Origin: a virus
Taxonomy: Duplodnaviria; Caudoviricetes
Strand: one strand, 5' to 3'
Length of the DNA: 64,000 bases
IMG/VR virus record: IMGVR_UViG_3300037297_000386
Shown here: positions 59,739 to 64,000 of the stretch, one piece after another
How the letters are laid out: each line of letters begins with the position of its first letter
Position numbering within the stretch: the stretch's first letter is position 1
Made by a program: the position numbers and the translations under genes
Notes under the pieces: model-generated
What the model saw: the letters and a program-made list of their open reading frames with translations, nothing else
Told to the model about the DNA's origin: nothing
The model's database searches: none

Positions 59739-62474
59739 AAATATTTTAGCAAATAAATAAACTTTGAGATGCTGACTACCAAGATTTTCAAGATAAAAAA
59801 CATAATATTTTTCATTCGGAAAGAATAAATAGGATGTCTTAATGATTATTCCGTTATTTTTTAATATTTCTATGTAGAATAAATATAATAATCCAAGTAA
59901 TGCTTCTACTGTATAATTTTTCGATTTAAAATTTTATACACACATTATTCTTGTATTTGAATATACTGCCACCCATAACATTCAAGAAAAATAGCATAAA
60001 ATACAGCATTATCCGTTTTTTATATACTTATAATATAAATATCTTCTACTAATTTTTATATTAAATTTTAATATAAAACAATATAAATTACATATATCAT
60101 ATGGAATAATTTTTTTCATTATCTGTTTAAATTTTTTTCTGTTATAAAAAAATATTTATTTCATTTGAATATGGTCCACAACTTAAATATACAATATAGA
60201 CATCTACATGAAGTTCTAAATCACGGATTTTCCAATTATCCCTTAATACTTTAAGATATAATGAATATATATTATGTGAAATTTTATTCATAAATTTGTA
60301 TCTTATCATTTTAATTGTTTTAATTTAATATATAAATGGCCAAAGTCCTTAAAATAAATACCATAATATCTTGTATCAAAAGTACAAAAACACTTTGTTC
60401 CAACAATTTCCCAATTTTTTCCCAACATTCCAATATACAATATTCTTACAGTATGTAAATTATTCATAAAATTAAAAAACTCCAAATTAATTTTTTATTA
60501 TTAAGAATATATATTTAAACATAATTTACCTATAATTTTAGATATATAAATCTTGGGTCCCCAGATGGGCCGAATTCTAAATATATAACCCGAAAGTTAT
60601 TTTTATCAAAACGTATATTTTTTTTATTAGTAGAAACAATCTTTCTTTTTTCATTAAGAATATAATGATATAATTTGCTTATATTAAATTGGACACCATT
60701 CACATTTCAGCCACTTTCTTTTAGTGTAATATTTTCCAAATCTGTATCCATAAAAACTACTTATTCATCACTTGACCACAGACAAACATATGGTGTATGA
60801 TCTGATTTTATTGGATATGGATAATTTGACACATAAATGTTATAATAAATTCGATCATTAAATTTCGACTGTCTAATTTCGACAGTTTTTCTACTATATT
60901 TAAGTATCGTGATATACAACTTGTAAATTCTCCATGAAATATTATGAAACACAAATTTCTCCATTATATTTGTTGATCATATAAATATATATATACAATA
61001 CTTTTATTCGTTTGATGTTTTAAATGAATTATGTATGGATTATTGGACAAAAAATTTGTTCTATATGTAGCACTAACTATTCTATTTTCTTTAAGTATTA
61101 CGATATATAATCTAATTAAATTACTTGCAAAATTTCTATTCATAATTTCTTTACCGCCCGTCGTCTCGCAAATAAATAACATAATTATATCGTAAAGATG
61201 GTTTATGAGAAAGATAAATGGCATAGATCTTAATTCCAATAGAGAGATAAATTCTAGATATATCTATAACTCTATTTTTACCATTCAATAGAAGACCATA
61301 TAACTCAATTATCTTATTAGACATATTCTTATTCAAAACCTAATATAAATAAAGTTTAAGACATTCAGAAACAGTGCCATCCATAGGAAGGCAAAAAACA
61401 TAAATATATATACCATTAGGAGAACGGTAACGATATGTATCAACAATTTCCTTATTTCTCTTTAAAAAACTAAAATATAATAATTTTAAATCTAAATAAA
61501 TCATATTACCCACAAAAAATATTTCCCGTTAATATAAATTTAAATAAAGCGTAAAATGTTTAAGACATTTTACATGAATGCAATATCTTTTGTCATTTTC
61601 ATGCCAAGATGTCCCAATAATTTTTCCATTACTCTTTAATATTTTAATATAGAATATTTTTAAGTCCCAAGAAATATTATACATTTTATTTAATGATTAT
61701 CTATTTTTATATCTATTGAACAAATAATATGGGCCAGAATATGAATACGACGTTAAGTAAACAAGATAAAATTCAATATTGTAATCAGAATAAATTGGGC
61801 ATGTTCTTACTATTTTACAATTTTCTTTTAATATTTGAATATATAATTTAGACAAATCATATGGACTGGTTTTTTTCATTTGACATTCACTTTTGAAGGC
61901 ACTCAATTTTCATTCTCCCATAAATAAATTTTTTCGTAAAGACTATATCCCATTCCTGATTCCAAATAACCAATACTAAATTTTGTATTATATGAATAAT
62001 GAAATTCGTGAATATCAGTAACCTTTCCATTATTTTTTAATAATGCAATATATAATTTAATTAGGTTATGTGAAGATTCATTCATATATTTCTTGCAAAT
62101 AAATAAATATATTCAGGATAATATCCTGGCCTTTCAATAGTAATGATACGATAAAGTAATGAAGCGGATGTAAATTGTGGCACTAATGTGATTTTTTTAT
62201 TACTTGTTAATATTCTTATATATAATCTGTATAAATCACTAGTCATGATTCATCACCATAGCGGTAACCATCTGGACAATTTTACTTTGATTTCTTTGTT
62301 ATCCACACGTATATAAATTCGCTGAAAGCATGCGCATCTTAGGTTCTTTTATAAAAAAGTATAATATTTTAAATTTTTACATGGTGAATAAATAGGATAT
62401 GCATCAACAATTTTCTTATTTCTTTTCAATATTTTAATATAAAGTTCAAACAAATTATTAACCATATTTATTTC

Positions 62475-62867
62475 TTAATAATTGTCGTTACTCACAAATT
62501 GAATAAAAGTTTGTAATTTAGCTTTGCCAATTGAACCTATTTTGTTTTCAATTTTTTGGCGCATTTCCAAATCAGAAACGTCTGGAATAATCCCAACGAC
62601 TCCATCATTAAGATCAACCATAGTAACACCCACAATAACATCGGCACTATTAGCATCTTCATCAGAAAAATAATATCGAGTTGATTCTAATACAACTTTT
62701 TCTTTGCCATATGCATACCCGAACTTATTATAAACTTTATTAAACAAATCGCCTTTATTGGGGTCAATATCCAACTGTTTAGCTAAATCCTTTATTTTCA
62801 TTCTTAATCCTCGAACAACGAATGATGAACTTGAACTGTTACTAACAAAACCTTGTCTAATCTTCAT
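62475..62867 (-). CDS. MKIRQGFVSNSSSSSF-family protein
   Basis: N-terminal motif. Confidence 0.75.
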   Translation of the reverse strand: MKIRQGFVSNSSSSSFVVRGLRMKIKDLAKQLDIDPNKGDLFNKVYNKFGYAYGKEKVVLESTRYYFSDEDANSADVIVGVTMVDLNDGVVGIIPDVSDLEMRQKIENKIGSIGKAKLQTFIQFVSNDNY

Positions 62868-64000
62868 TATTTACCCTTTAATTTTTAAAATGGCCTAATA
62901 ATATCCTCTACGCTACCCACCTGGACCATCGAGGATCGTTATAATTATATTCAATACAATATTATCATTCATATTTTAACCTTACTATGGATTTTATTAT
63001 CATTAATTCGTAAGAAAACACTTTCAATATGATCGTGCCATGAACATTTCAGATAAAATGCATGATAATTATAACCACCATAAGGTGAGGACCATATATC
63101 TGCTTTAATAATTTTTCTACCGTTAAACAGTAAAGTATATAGAAGAATTATATTATTATCGATAGCCATATCCATTTTTATATTGAATTTTTTATTTTTA
63201 TCAAATATGTGATCTTTTTGAACGCAAATATGTTGAACTTGGAGAATCCAAAATAATATAATATAAAAAAATTAGGGAAAAATTTCATACTTATCACTTT
63301 TCCATTAAAAATAAGCAATTCAATATATAATCTATAAATATTTAATTCAAGTGATATTATATCTTTATTCATTAAAATATGTCTTGCCCTATATAAATGA
63401 TAATTTCTGGTGATAAACGGATACAATATATAAAATCGTCGTCGCTCCATGGTGGCGGATTTTCGACAATTTTATTGTTATGTTTAAGTAATGATATATA
63501 TAGATCGGATATTTTAATTGACATATTATAAAATATATCCTTTATTTTATTGGCATGCAACAATAGTGAACAACACCATTTCCTGGTTTTTTAGTAATAA
63601 TGTTGCAATATTATACATTTGTTCCTATTTATGTCCATAAATGGATTATAAGAACATCTACCGGGTGTGAGATTTTTAACCATACGCTATAGAATACCAT
63701 ATTACTAATGTAACAGTAATTATAAGATGATTTTATAACTTTTCCGTTTTTATATAATATTTCTATATATAATCTATAAACATCACATGAAACCATTATT
63801 TATAATTTTTCCTATTATCTTTTATTGTATAGATGAATAAATGCGATATTATTAGGATTTGGATATAATAAATGAATAACGTACATATGCGTATTATCAA
63901 TAACAGAATAATTTTCACTCATTCTAATAATTTTTAATTTATTTTTTAATATTACATTATATAATTGTAATAATTCAGGTACTATATTGACTTCATACAT

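Larger units (their letters stand above)
58220..64000 (-). other. Array B: about 23 small paralogous genes (NIxKLYIxILKxNxKI...YxIYL...YIYL)
   Basis: Track ORFs starting 58699, 58914, 60761, 60964, 61151, 61697, 61903, 62969, 63178, 63372, 63815; hand-found 58220-58375, 59101-59253, 60142-60309, 60306-60467, 60530-60703, 61340-61504, 61529-61684, 62082-62246, 62349-62465, 63629-63796; decayed copies at ~59750-60120. Confidence 0.82.

Noticed and set aside
54816-64000. Integron-like cassette array
   Set aside because: Genes abut or overlap, with no attC-like palindromes and no integrase in the window.

Overview
AT-rich segment of a probable jumbo (huge) tailed-phage genome; nearly every real gene is on the minus strand under the standard code. 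0-32 kb is a replication/recombination/nucleotide-metabolism block: DnaE, RecA, RuvC, gp32-like SSB, SbcCD with an intein, a primase split into two distant genes, two sigma-type factors, FtsK, UDG, dCMP deaminase and dNMP kinase. Interleaved host-like translation and proteostasis genes are IF3, trigger factor, DnaJ, ClpP, IscS and (34-44 kb) EF-Ts, an M16 peptidase and GroEL, next to a repeat-rich tail fibre with an S74 chaperone. 45-64 kb is an accessory region with (i) 13 paralogues sharing one conserved ~45-aa leader fused to two kinds of variable beta-repeats or to none, and (ii) about 35 tiny (50-90 aa), highly diverged paralogues with an N-terminal 'IxxLYxxIL' helix, running off the window edge. 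Two TnpB fragments missed by the ORF track, an RBS-occluding hairpin before ruvC and a 14-bp inverted pair flanking the repeat-gene cluster were also found. No CRISPR array, tRNA, rRNA or reverse transcriptase was seen. All family assignments are from motif recognition, not database searches.
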